Positions 29,303 to 42,142 of a DNA stretch of 64,000 nucleotides are shown here, piece by piece (position 1 is the first letter of the stretch; each line of letters opens with the position of its first letter). Source of the stretch: the human T2T-CHM13v2.0 reference genome, Homo sapiens. The stretch is taken from NCBI RefSeq assembly GCF_009914755.1, contig NC_060928.1; one strand, written 5' to 3'. The position numbers and the translations under genes were made by a program. The notes under the pieces were generated by a model, which saw only the letters and a program-made list of their open reading frames with translations, did no database searches and was not told the DNA's origin.

Positions 29303-30621
29303 TTCGTGGATTTATCTACCTTTGGTCTTTGAAGTCGCTGACCTTCAGAGGGGGTCTCTGAGTGGCCATCCTTTTTCTTGATGTTGATACTATTCCTTTC
29401 TGTTTGTTAGTTTTCCTTCTAACCATCAGGCCCCTCTGCTGCAGGTCTGCTGGAGTTTGCTGGAGGTCCACTCCAGACCCTGTTTGCCTGGGTATCACTG
29501 GTGGAGGCTGCAGAACAGCAAAGATTGCTGCCTGTTACTTCCTCTGGAAGTTTTGTCCCAGAGGGGCACCTGACAGATGCCAGCCAGAGCTCTCCTGTAT
29601 GAGATGTCTGTTGGCCCCTACTGGGAGGTGTCTCCCCGTCAGGATACGAGGGGGTCAGGGACCCACTTGAGGAGGCAGTCTGTCCATTATCAGAACTTGA
29701 ACACTTGCTGGGAGATCTACTGCTCTCTTCAGAGCTTCCAGGCAGGGACGTTTAAGTCTGCTGAAGCTGTGCCCACAACCACCCCTTCCCCCAGTTGCTC
29801 TATCCCAGGGAGGTGCAGGTTTTATCTCTAAGTCCCTAACTGGGGCTGCTGCCTTTCTTTCAGAGATGTCCTGCCCAGACAGGAGGGAACCTATCTAGAG
29901 AGGCAGTCTGGCCACAGTGGCCTTGCTGAGTTGCGGTGGGCTCTGCCCAGTTAGAACTTCCTGGGGGCTTTGTTTACACTGTGAGGGTAAAACCGCCTAC
30001 CCAAGCCTCAACAATGGCAGATGCCCTTCCCCCCACCAAGCTTGAGCATCCCAGGTAGAGCTCAGACTGCTGTGCTCGCAGCAAGAATTTCAAGCCAGTG
30101 GATCTTAGCTTGCTGGGCTCTGTGGGGGTGGGATGCACTGAGCCAGACCACTTGGCTCCCAAGCTTCAGCCCCCTTTCCAGGGGAGTAAGCAGTTCTGTC
30201 TCTCTGGCATTCCTGGTGCCACTGAGGTATGAAAAAAAAAAAACTCCTGCAGCTAGCTCAGTGTCTGCCCAAATGGCTGCCCAGTTTTGTGCTGGAAACC
30301 CAGGGCCCTGGTGGCATAGGCACTGGAGGGAATCTCCTGGTCTGTGGGTTGAGAAGACCATGGGAAAAGTGCAGTATCTGTTCTGGAGTGCATGGTACAG
30401 TCCCTAATGGCTTCTCTTGGCTAATAGAGGGAATTCCCAGACCCCTTGCACTTCCCGGATGAGGCAACGCCGCACGCTGCTTGAGCTCGCTCTCCTTGGG
30501 CTACATCCACTGTCTACCCAGTCCTAGTGAGATGAACCGGGTACCTCAGTTGGAAATGCAGAAATCACCTGCCTTCTGCATCGATCTCACTTGGAGCTGC
30601 AGGCCACAGCTGTTCCTATTT

Positions 30622-30631
30622 GGCCATCTTG
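30622..30631 (-). promoter_or_regulatory. YY1 site at the L1 5' end
   Basis: Minus strand reads CAAGATGGCC, at the known position in the L1 promoter. Confidence 0.7.
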
Positions 30632-30677
30632 CCAGCAATGACCAAAAACTCTTGGTCTTTAAAAAGTAGTTTAGAGA

Positions 30678-31010
<333 letters not shown>

Positions 31011-31270
31011 TTATTGAAGAGTCTCCTAAATGTGTTCTTCTGATAGACTTGCCCTTTATTGGTTCTATTCTTTTGCTTTCACTTTTTGTAACTTTGACTT
31101 TCCTAACTGATATTTTGAAGCAGGAAACAGCAGTTTGAAACATCCAAAGGGCAGAATAAGACAACAAACTAGCACTCCATCTGTTGTGACATTTAGTATT
31201 TGCTTTTTCTGAGAAACTGCTTAGTGAATCAATTTCATATTAGCATTAAGAAATTAAGATCTTAGTTCAC

Positions 31271-31273
<3 letters not shown>

Positions 31274-31314
<41 letters not shown>
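31274..31314. repeat. (AC)20 microsatellite
   Basis: Pure dinucleotide run. Confidence 0.98.
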
Positions 31315-31315
<1 letters not shown>

Positions 31316-31324
31316 TTCCCCTGA

Positions 31325-31550
31325 AACTGGAATCAGGCTGCCTGATTTGAATACCTGAACTGCTCTTCCTAGCTGCATGTGTGAAACACTGGACTAGTTT
31401 CTTAATCTCTGATCTGCAGTTGGCTTGTTTATAAAATTAAGATAATAGTCTCTCACATACATGATTGTTAAAAGGAATAATTGAGAGAATATATCTGAAG
31501 TGGTCCACATGATACCTGGTATATAGAAAGTGTTCAATACGTGTTCATTT
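31325..31550 (+). mobile_element. MIR
   Basis: Degenerate core, ending in tacctggtatatagaaagtgttcaata. Confidence 0.6.
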
Positions 31551-33319
31551 TCTTATTTGTATTATATTTTATGTTTTTCTATAACTATATTAATTAACTT
31601 ATTGATGCAATATAACCATTTTCTTATCTTTCACATAACATCTAAAATTTTCATCATTAAACTAATTCTGACTATATTTTTTTCTATGTAGAAGAGGAAA
31701 ACATGTATAGAAATGGAGAATTCACTTCTCATTCCTTCTAAAATGAATGCTCTTAAGAGAAAAGATGTAATGCTCCTCCAACCTGGCCCAGATACTTGGG
31801 GGTTCAGAGGTTAGAACCATCTCAAATAAAAGTCTTGAAGACACGCCTGAGGAATCAGCATTCTTCAGAGGATGAGTCAGGGTAACCAGATGCACTAAGT
31901 GTACTTTGCACTAACTAAACAATCCTTGAGGCAGACAGAAATCAGTGATCAGTAAAAGACATTAGTTAAGCTACTAGCCTGAATTGCTTGTATGTGAATG
32001 GAAGAAAGGAAAAAAGAAAAAGCTCTAAATAGAAGTCAGCAGAAGATTGAGAGCCAAAGACTCTAACTAGCGATCAGAGAAAAGGACCGTTATTCATGTA
32101 CTAAGTACATGAACAAGGTGCTAAGTGAATGATTGTTTCTCCCTTGTAAACCGTAAGAAAACACTGAGAACTCTATTACTGGCTTCCTGAAAGATTTTAT
32201 GATATGGTTAAGTTGGATGTCCTACTGAGCATTTGGACTTAACACATTTTTTGGTCTTGCTGGTAGTCATGTTTCAGGGAAATAAATCCCTTGCAGAAAA
32301 TAGGTCTAAAGCGCTTCTACTAATAACTTCTTCTACCTTAAAATGGAGATATTTTGAGCTTATACAATTTAAAAAGTGTATTGATTTCATTTCTTATTAC
32401 AGGTAATCACTATTTAGGTGTTCAAACAACCCATCTAGGACCCATTTAGGTTACAAAAGACCCATCTAGGACATATTTATTGAGATTTACTGTTTCGGAG
32501 AGAATGCCAAATTGATACCAACTCTTCAGATGTCTGTCCTAACAATTTTTAGTTCTAAGAACACAAAATGGCTATGGACAATCAATTGTGGCATTTGAAA
32601 CTGATTTGGTTCCCTTTCCAGCATCTATCTTGAAATAAAACAAGTAGCCTCATACTGAAAATCACTAGCAATCTGAACAATCAACTTTGCAACTACCAGT
32701 TACATTCTGTCATGGAGTCCGGTCCATGATGCCTTTGAAATAACATGAGTATCTATTCATTTGTTCATATGTACAACCTTCATTTTCATTCTGTGTCATT
32801 ATTTCTTCTACTCTAAACTGCAGAGATTGTCTTCTAAATGGCTCCATTGCTTTTTTTTCTTTTTATTCAAAACTGTGATCCTAAAATCTTGTATAAGCTA
32901 CCACTTCCTGAGCATCTACTATATCCTGCATATTCTGTGTCATCCTGAAAGCTTGATACAGAGAACTGAATCTAATCCTCACAGTAATTCTGGGAATTAG
33001 ACGACGATAATGTAGATTGGTTCCTTCAAAGTTTATTCTAACTTTTTCCCAATGTGCCTTCCTGGGCTGAGGTAGGCAAGCTAAATGCCACATTACCCAG
33101 ACTATTCCAGCCCAGGTTGCAGGTGTCACTTTGTGCATTGTTCCCATGCGTTTACCATTATCTTATGCATTGAATTTTTAAGATCTGTGTTCATTTTATC
33201 TTTGTGGCTAGAAAGAACGTTATTGGTACATGGACTTAAGTTCACCAAATGCTGCTTACCAACATAGATCATAGCAAATCCAGGTGACTGGCTTCTTTTA
33301 TTCATATAGAAAGTTTAAC

Positions 33320-33490
33320 ATTATGGTTTTCAGTTGTAACTCTCACAAGTGTTCCATGGAAAGCTTAAAACATAGATTCCAGAGCACCACTCTAAAAGTC
33401 TTACTCAGTAAGACAGGGATCTGAGAATCTGCATTTTTAATGAGCTCCTGGGTGAAGTAAATGCTCCTAATCCTAGGACTACACTTTGGT
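33320..33490. mobile_element. MER5-type DNA transposon
   Basis: ctgagaatctgcatttttaatgagctcctgggtga...ggactacactttg. Confidence 0.6.
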
Positions 33491-33698
33491 CCAGTGGTAA
33501 GAATAGTGGTTATTTTTATAAAACTTGATAATATTTGTCACAAAAACCATTTCATTTGCTCACTACAATAGCTGTTAAATTTCTAGTATTATCCCCAATA
33601 AAAAAATTAAGATTTTATGTATGAAGTATAAATCATTCTCTCTGGTCACACTGCTAATAAGTAGGAGAGCCAGTTTTCTAATTCATGTTCATTAATTC

Positions 33699-34391
33699 TG
33701 TGAGAGGAAAATAAAATCTTGGGACCCCATACTCACTAAGCCAAAGGGAAAAGTCAATCTGGGAGCTGCATCATGCAAAACTGTCTCTCATTTTCTTCCA
33801 AAATAGATAGCTACAAAGATAAAAGACTACATACCTGTCTCACAATTTGCTCACAATTCCTTGTGGGTCCCAGGGTCTTTTCCCTAAAACAGTTCTGTTG
33901 AATTTCACCCTGACAATGTAAGTTAACAGCTTATTTTCATGAGTACTGGACAAAGGACAGGACTTAGAAATCAACCCTCCCCTGCGCACAATTCACCTGA
34001 GACAAATGCATATTTGACGGCTTCTTCTGCTCTATGCTGACTTATGTAAAAATTCACTGAGTACAAGAGAAATGCGTAACTATTTTCCCACTTCCTTCTC
34101 ATACATGTAAAATGTGGATTCAGTAAATGATCAAAGACTAAAAGAAATGAAACTGTTTGCCCTTTTTATCTACCTTATCTACCCTTCCTTTTTTTTTTTC
34201 CTTCTTCTTTCTCCTACTGCTTGTCCTTTCCCTTTTAATATATACATCCCAAAACCCTCTTTGGAAGAAGCACGAATCAGAGATGTTTCTTGTGGTTTTG
34301 TGTTCCTTTTATCCTGGGCACATCCTCAATCTTGACAAAATAAACCTCTAAAATGATGGAGACTCACCTCAGTCATTTTCTTTGATTTACA
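33699..34391 (+). mobile_element. ERV1 solo LTR, MER4 family
   Basis: tgtgagaggaaaataaaatcttgggacccc..ctaagccaaagggaaaagtcaa, TG...CA ends, perfect 4-bp TSD attc (33695-33698 / 34392-34395). Confidence 0.9.
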
Positions 34392-34721
34392 ATTCCAAAC
34401 TCTATTCTTTTCCTTGATTCCATACTGCCACTGCACTCTCTTAGAGCTTGAATATAATATATAGCAAATAATTCATTGTTAAAATTAGTTTGATTTATTT
34501 CCATCATGAAGATCAGAAATAAAATTTTCTTATCATAAAGTAGATTTATTTAATAATTTTTGGTTATACTAATTTGATATCAAATGAGTGAAGAATAAAA
34601 AACAGTTCTATATGACTTTGATCAAATCAAAAATCTTACAGAAGAAAAGGGAGGGTGGAATGAAACAGGAAGCATATATTCACATCTCCCTGATAATCCA
34701 GAAAAAACTAGAAAGTTGAAT

Positions 34722-35135
34722 ACATGAGTCAAGACCATTTTGGTTGCATATGACAGAAATCTAATCAGTTTAAGCAAAAAACGAAGTTAAGGAGGTTGAG
34801 CTTCATTTAAGGTTGTATCTAGGTGCTTAAACAATCCTGTTAATCTTTTCATTTTTTCTTCCACTGTCAGTAATTTATTTCTCTGATATGAACTATTCTC
34901 ACATAAGCTATATTCTCATGGTGGCCAGAGGGTCACCAGTAGCTCCAGGGATGAATCTTAGTAGTTAATAAACCCCCTGAGAGAGATAGTCTTTCCTCAT
35001 AGTTTCTGTAAAAGTTGTCAGGCTCACCTCTATTTGCTCTGATTAGCTCAATTTGAGTCATATATCTGCCTAAGAACCAATTATTGTGACACTTTAGAGT
35101 GCAGAATACCCAAATGAGACACGAAGACTGAAAAT
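34722..35135 (-). mobile_element. Old MaLR LTR fragment (MLT1J/K/L-like)
   Basis: ttttggttgcatatgacagaaa...tctgattagctcaatttgagtcat..gaaccaatta. Confidence 0.5.
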
Positions 35136-35137
35136 GA

Positions 35138-35676
35138 TGTTGATGGTAAGAGTCAAACTTTGTAAAATATTTGAAGAGATTTATTCTGAGCCAAATATGA
35201 GTGACCATGACCCATGACACAGCTCAGGAGATCCTGAGTGCATTCATCCAGTCTAGAAAGGTGGGACAATTTGAAGTGGGAGGATAGGGTGAGGGAGGGT
35301 TCCAGGTTATACTTAGAGGTAGATTCAAAATTTTCCTCATTGGCAATTGGTTGAAAGAGTTATTGTCAACAGAAAGGAATGGAAAGGAATGTCTGGGTTA
35401 TGATAAAAGGTTGTGGAAACCAAAGTTTTATTACTCAGATGAAGCCTCCAGGTAGCACACTTCAGAGAAATAGATTGTAAATATATATACATTTTTTATC
35501 AGATTTAAGGTCTGTGTTGATGTTAATGCTAGAGGGTAAATGAGGCATGTCTAACCCCCCCTCATTTCCCATCATGGCCTGAACCAGCTTTCAGGTTAAA
35601 TTTTAGAGTGCCCTGGCCCAGGAGAAAGTCCATTCAGATGGTTGGGGGATCCTAAGAATTTTATTTTTGGTTTGGA
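35138..35676 (-). mobile_element. ERV1 solo LTR, MER4A1-like
   Basis: agagtcaaactttgtaaaatatttgaagagatttattctgagccaaatatgagtgaccatg...cttcagagaaatagattgtaa. Confidence 0.88.
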
Positions 35677-36073
35677 TTTGTTAATGGGTAATTTTTTAAA
35701 TGGGGCACTATTACCAAAAGTCAGGAAGTTTTCCAAAGTAGGCAATAGCAAAAGATGTCTAACAGACCACTAATTATTTGGATATAAATTACAGGAAAGT
35801 CAATATGAATCTCCATATAAGGAAACATTATGTTGGTTTAGGAGTTTGAAGAAAGTAATCGTGCATGTGGATGAAAGTATGCTGATCAAATGTTTTTTGA
35901 AGAGGCTTCCATGAGGGCAATGAATTGTAGTCATTTCAAGGCTACAATGATTATGTTTTTCTAAGAGATTAAAAACAAAAAAAAAAAGCCTAAGTAGAAA
36001 TAAAAGAGCACACCTATGAAAAGAAAATTGCTAATATTGATGTTTTTCAGGTATCAGAATTGTTATTGGTTTT

Positions 36074-36548
36074 TGTGGTAGGCTGTGTTATGTTCCAAAT
36101 TATTTTCTGCCTCCTCCCCTGTTGGAAGATTAAACATTTCTACATTCATCATGTGACTTTCAGTGCCTTTCTATGGAAGGAATATACTTCCCAATCTCTT
36201 ACACCATACTTGTTCAAATGATTTGCTCTAACCAAAGGAATGTGAGTAGAAGAAATAGTATGTCAGTTGTGTGCAGAAGCTGCAAGGTACACTGTTGGTT
36301 TTGGATTGGTCTCCTTTCCTCTGTCACAAAGATAGCACATTCTCAATAAGGCCTTTAGGCTCCATTTTCAGTCTGGATTCTGGAATAAGGAAAAAATGTG
36401 TGGCAGGAGCTGCTGAAATACAGCTAATATAAAAGGAAAACAAAAAATGATAAAACAACAAAAAAAGTCTTTTTTCTTTAAAGCTATTTGAAATTTTGAG
36501 AAGAGATCATTTGGTATAGCAACCTAATGAAGAAAAAAACAACTGACA
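36074..36548 (+). mobile_element. Old MaLR LTR (MLT1I/J-like)
   Basis: atgatttgctctaaccaaaggaatgtgagtagaag...cagtctggattctggaataagg...tttggtatagca. Confidence 0.55.
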
Positions 36549-37164
36549 CGATGTTATGTAAATTTTGTTAAATGACCTGGAAAAAGGGCTGCATAGTTTT
36601 CCATTCAATTTGCAGATAACACTAGGCCATTTTGAATAATGAAATAAAAACAAGAAAATTACCTGAGCCAAGTCTCAAGCATTATGCTAAGAGTGTTTCC
36701 TACTTTATTTTCAGTGTCTTATTTAATCCTCTCCAAAATTCCATTAAAACATTATTAATTTCTTTATAGATACAGAAACTCACCCAGAATTATATCTACT
36801 GCCAGACAGATTAAAATCTTGCCTTCAAGTGCCTGGCTTTCAAGAATTTATGAATTTTGGAGTGAATAGATAATGCATAACATATGTACTAAGTGGTAAC
36901 CCTCAAAATGGTAATGGAACTATGGACTCTAAAAATGCAGAAATTACTCTAAAAGGCATAGAAAAGAGCATCTTTCCTAAGACACCTGAGTGAAATCAAA
37001 GAGAACACTATAGACATGAGAAGTGAAATCTGAAAGGAGATACAATTAAAATCTAAAAAGTCATGTGGACTGTAAAAAAATAAAAGTCTCAAATATAAAT
37101 TTAACTGTAATCAGTTATGGTCTCCTGTTATATCAATACATTTAATTTAGAGTTAATAAAATTA

Positions 37165-37634
37165 TGTTATGATTAGAATTATGTCTCCCCTCCTCAAATT
37201 CATAGCTGAAGTCTTAATTTCTACTACCTCAGAATGTGACCTTATTTAGAAATAGGGTTGTTGCAGATGTAATTAGTTAATTTAAGATGAGGTCGTATTG
37301 GAGTAAGGGGGGTCCCTAATCCATTATGTTGGATGTTTTTATATATAGGAGAAATCTGGACACAGGCATGCACACAGGGAGAACACCATGTAAAGATGAA
37401 GACAGAGATCAGGGTGATGGAGAAGAAACTCAGAAACTTCAAAGATTGCAGACAAACCACTAGCAGCTAGGAGACAGGCCTGGAGGAAGCCTCCTTCATA
37501 GGCCTCTGAAGGAACCAACTCTGTCAGCAACTTGATCTGGGTTTTCTAGTCTCTAGATCATGAGACAACACTTTCTGTTGTTTAAGACACTTAGTTTGTG
37601 GTATTTTGTTACAGCAGCCTTAGCTAACAAATAT
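37165..37634 (+). mobile_element. MaLR solo LTR, MLT1C-like
   Basis: acctcagaatgtgaccttatttagaaataggg..gcagatgtaattagttaa..aagatgagg..tttgttacagcagcc. Confidence 0.85.
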
Positions 37635-40004
37635 AAATGGATCATTAACTTAGAAAATATATTGTAAATGTAAAGAACACATATCACTTTGTAGTGATAA
37701 TAACTTAATAGAATAAAAATAAGTTTGTATAAATTCATAAATCATAAAGCTATAATGAGCTGCAAAGGACAACTGCAATATTACTGTTCATGCTTTCAGT
37801 CTTTGAAGAAAATTTCAGGGAGGAAAACCTGAAAGAATGAAAATATTTTATTTTATTTTATTTTAAACGAATAAACATTGGAGATTGCTTCAATAATTAC
37901 ATATTAAGCTATAATAATTTTCTAGACTTAATTTTTAGAATTTGCCAAGACTGTCTAGTATCTCCTTGTAAATTTTTAGTTATAAAATGTTAGTATAGTG
38001 GGAAGGGCAGAAGTATTTTGGCCTCATGTAGGAATAATATACGTTTTTATACCCTCCAGCCTTCAGCTAAAAATGGTGCCCTGACGGGAGGAGAGAGTTA
38101 ATTCACATCCCAGATGCTTAACTTACTCCCTGAGAGTAGATTACTCATTGGCAGGACTCGGTAATTCTTCATTTTAACCATTACCATAGCATTTTGTATT
38201 GTCAAATGCTATGTGGTTTTGCAAGCCTTAAAATCCCTTGGTGAAGTAAAGGAGATGACAAACAAAATTATGTCTGATTTACAGACTGGGGACCTGGGAC
38301 TCAGTCAAGAGACAAAGCCATCATTGGTAAGGGCCAACGCAGAAGGCAGGAGCTCTGGCTCAGGTCTCTGTTTATCATTTGGAGTGCAGGAAAAAAACCT
38401 AAGGGATATCAGCTATTCACGCACATTCTTACATTTCTTGGAACTTTAGATCCCCACCCAAGCTGATTCTTGGCAGCAGCCATCTGTCAAAAAAAAAACT
38501 AAAGCCACAAAGAAAGTTAAGTACAAATTGCGTACAGTGTGTTAGAATTTTAGCTATTCAGGGTTAGAGATGTCTACAAAAGTAAAATAAAATACATTGT
38601 AACTTAAAATTGACTCTCCTAAACTATGTCACAAAGACTAAGGGCAAATATTCTTTACTCTTTGCCACTATTTTCACAAGTTAATCCAGTTAAAAGCATC
38701 AATGGAGGGGCCAGGAGTTGCTTAGAAAAAATTTAAAGAACAAATTTTCTGTTACTTAATATAATCTCACCTAAATCCATATGAATTTGAAAAAAATTAA
38801 TATATCTACCTTGTCACTTAATTATGAGATCAAACTGCCACTTGGCATTTATTCCACCAAGCATATTTTACCTACTATCACAGCTATAAACTCAGCATTT
38901 GTCAAGTTGTTGCTTATAAAACAATGCTGGGCTTTTTGCTGTGAGTGTTTTGAGGGAATACGCTCATATTTCAGCCTGCAACCCAGGATTCCAGTTTTTG
39001 AAAACTGATAAAAATTTCAAAATGAAATATCTAAAAAAGAGTTATTTAGCAGAAATCAACATTTGGCTCTCAACTGGAATTGGGCATTAGACTACAAGGT
39101 CAGGGATGGCTGGCTAGTTCTCAAATTCCTGAAGTTGAATGTTGGATATTTCATGTCTGTTTTCAGCTGACTTCTAAGATACAAGCAGCCAAAATAGATA
39201 TGACTTTATGTAATTTAATGTTTACCTCCTTTGATTTTATAAAGTTTAAAATGTTCTAACCCATTTTCCGGCTGCCAAGCAGACATCCAGTGTGACCCTG
39301 GTGTCCCATTGATTCTAAAATCAATGATTGTGCTGCCAGTGCTTAGAGAGCATGATTGCACTTTCAAGGCAAGCTGCTGTGTAGATGTGGCCTCTTTGAG
39401 TTGGACCAGGTTTTACTACAGTGAGGTAGAAGAGTTTAGAATCAGTGTGATAACCTATTTAAATTGATGTCATTCAGGTCTAGGATTCTACTGGCAAAAA
39501 GACCAATAGAAATTATTTTTGGGGGAGTAACAAGTGTGGAAACAGCTGCCACAAATCTATGACAGAGAATACGCCAATGTTATTTTAGTAAGTTTACAAT
39601 TTAATAAAATAAATGCAATAATTAGACCTAATTGTTTGATCCAAATCACTGCTTTTAAATCAATTATAGAATTTTTTTTATTTGGTGGCAGCTCTTAGTA
39701 TCTACTGAGCTAAATAACTTTCTGAAAGAACAAGCAAATTGATTACCATCATATGCTATTATATGTAATAAAAGGGGAAGAGTCCTCAAATGTTCTTTTA
39801 CTTGGATTTTAAGATAAAATCACACCCATTGCAAATGTTTGGCAAGAAGCTTCTACTTTAAGGAGAAACTAAACTTTAAAAGAATGTAAATGATCAATTT
39901 TGCATTTTTTTTTGAATTTTTTTTTTCTTTTTTTTTTCTGTTTGGCCAGCCACCTTGACCTTACAGCCTAAGGCCCAAAATTTCAGTTGAGACTCAAAGG
40001 TTGA

Positions 40005-40490
40005 CTAATAACATTAAATTCACTATTTTAACGTTTTTAAAGTGTACAACTCAGTGGCATTTTGTATATTCACCATGTTGAACAACGATTTTCACTATCC
40101 ATTTCCAGAACACTTTCGTCACCCCAAAATAAATCCTGTATCCATTATGTAATCACTTCTCTTTCCTCCTTATCCCCAAACCCTGGAAATCATTCATCTG
40201 TTTTCTATCTCAATGGATTTGCCTAATCTAGCTGTTTCATATAAATTGAATCATACAATATGTGACCTTTTGTGTCTGTCTTAAACTTTTCCTTAGCATA
40301 ATGTTTTCAGGGTTCATCCGTGTTATAGCATGCACCAGTGCTTCATTCCACTTTACGGTTGGATAATATTCTATTGTATGGATATACCACATTTTGTTTA
40401 TCCATTCATCAGTTCATTGACATCTGTGTTGTTTCCATCTTTTGCCTGAATATGAGTATGAATATGAATACTGCTGCTAACATTCATGTA
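40005..40490 (-). mobile_element. L1MB-type 3' end (left part)
   Basis: ttttaaagtgtacaactcagtggcattt..tatattcac..gaatcatacaatatgtgaccttttgtgtctg..gatataccacattttgtttatccattcatc. Confidence 0.85.
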
Positions 40491-42142
40491 GAAAATCAAA
40501 TTGTTACAAAATTCTCCCTGGGAGTGGCATGACCCTCTCATATCCGTCTTGAGGCCTCTTGTGGGACAAGATGAATATAATATGGGAGAAGCCATAGCTG
40601 ATCTTGGAAAGATGGGAAAAGGAAGAGATAAGGTCCAACTGGTCATTAAAGAGAAAGGGAAAAGGAGAGAAATAGAGTCTGCTGGACCAAAAAAGGGAGG
40701 TAAAAAATGTGCAGTTAGAATTACTAGTAAACAAATATGGTATCATCTGATTTCTTCCTGGATAGACAAAGAAAGGATAGATCAACCAAATGCAGTATTA
40801 GTTGCCTTTGGAAAGATCCAACTCCTGATGAACAGTTTAACCTCCTTACTAGTGCCCCATCAAAAAAAAAAGAGGTAGAAGGAGCAAAAGAAACTATACC
40901 TAAAAGAACCTCAATCTCTGTGTTCCAGGGGTGTACTCCTCCTCAGATTACAGATTAGGGTTGGGGCCAAGGTTGCCTTCCTGTGTGAGCAGTAGGAGGC
41001 AACCGGAGGCCCCACGTGGCATCCAAAATCTATTGGAGTCCAAAAACAAGCAGAAAAGCTTAGCTTTAGTGGACACAGGTGAATAATGCACATTAACTTG
41101 TGCTGTGGTAGATTTAGCTAATGCCTTCTTTACCAACCCTTTATACACTGACTCACAGAACTAATTTGCTTCTCCTTGGAGTGGCCATCAATGGCCATTC
41201 CAAGTGTTGCCCCAGGGTTATCGTGGAATGTTTGCCCACTATTTGTCGTGGAATAATTGCTAGAGATTTAACTTGCAGTCCACTGCCACATGCTGTTAAA
41301 TAGTTTCATTATATTGCTGATATTATGCTAACCTCCAAAGACTTGTCATTGCTACAGCAACACCTTCATGCCTTGTGTACTCTTCTCTAATCCAGAGGAG
41401 GGGCCATTGAACCACAAAAGATATATGGCCCAGGACAAGCTGTGAATTTCCTAGGGGTCACTTAGTCAGGTAAGACATGCCTTATCTCAAGCATAGTAAC
41501 TGAAAAAATACAACAATTTTTCATACTTAAAATAGTTAAATAGTAACAAAGTTTCCTAGGTTTTTTGGGATACTGGTGGGCTTTCCTTCTACATTTAGCT
41601 CTATACCAACTAGTAGAACAGGGATCTAGTGGGTGCTGGAATAAAAAACATGAGGAAGCATTTGAGAAGGCTAATTTACTAGTGACTCAGGGAAAAGTCT
41701 TATTTTCCTCTCTTCCTGGAATATCAATGTCTTCAAATGGGATCATTATTCCTGAATGAACCAGATGGGCCCTCTGACAAGTCCATCATTGGGAAAGAAG
41801 TTCCCCAAGGATTTTGATCACAACTATGGAAGGAGGCTAAAATCCACTATTCCCCAACTGAGCAACAGATCCTAGGAGTACACAAGCCTTGCAGCAAGTT
41901 AAACCCACAACTGCTGCTTTACTGGTAACAGTAAAAACAGGCCTGCCTATAAAAGGGTGGATAGAAGGGTTGTTTGCCAGGTCTGCCTCAGCTATTGACC
42001 AGGCCTCCACTTTACAAAAGTGTCATGCATACCTGCAACAATATAGCTCCCTCTCCACCAGTCCCCTGGGAGATAAACCACATGCTATTTTAGGGCCAGT
42101 ACACTATCAGAGCAGTACTGGTCCTACTCTGGAGCCCCCATC
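40491..42142 (+). pseudogene. LTR-less class III (ERVL-group) internal fragment: gag end, protease, RT/connection
   Basis: Gag-like KQIWYHLI..IDKERID; LVDTG at 41066-41080; VVDLANAF (DLANAF from 41111); VLPQGY ~41205; HYIADIML ~41307; QSFLGFLGYW ~41548; YSPTEQQIL ~41848. Confidence 0.8.
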
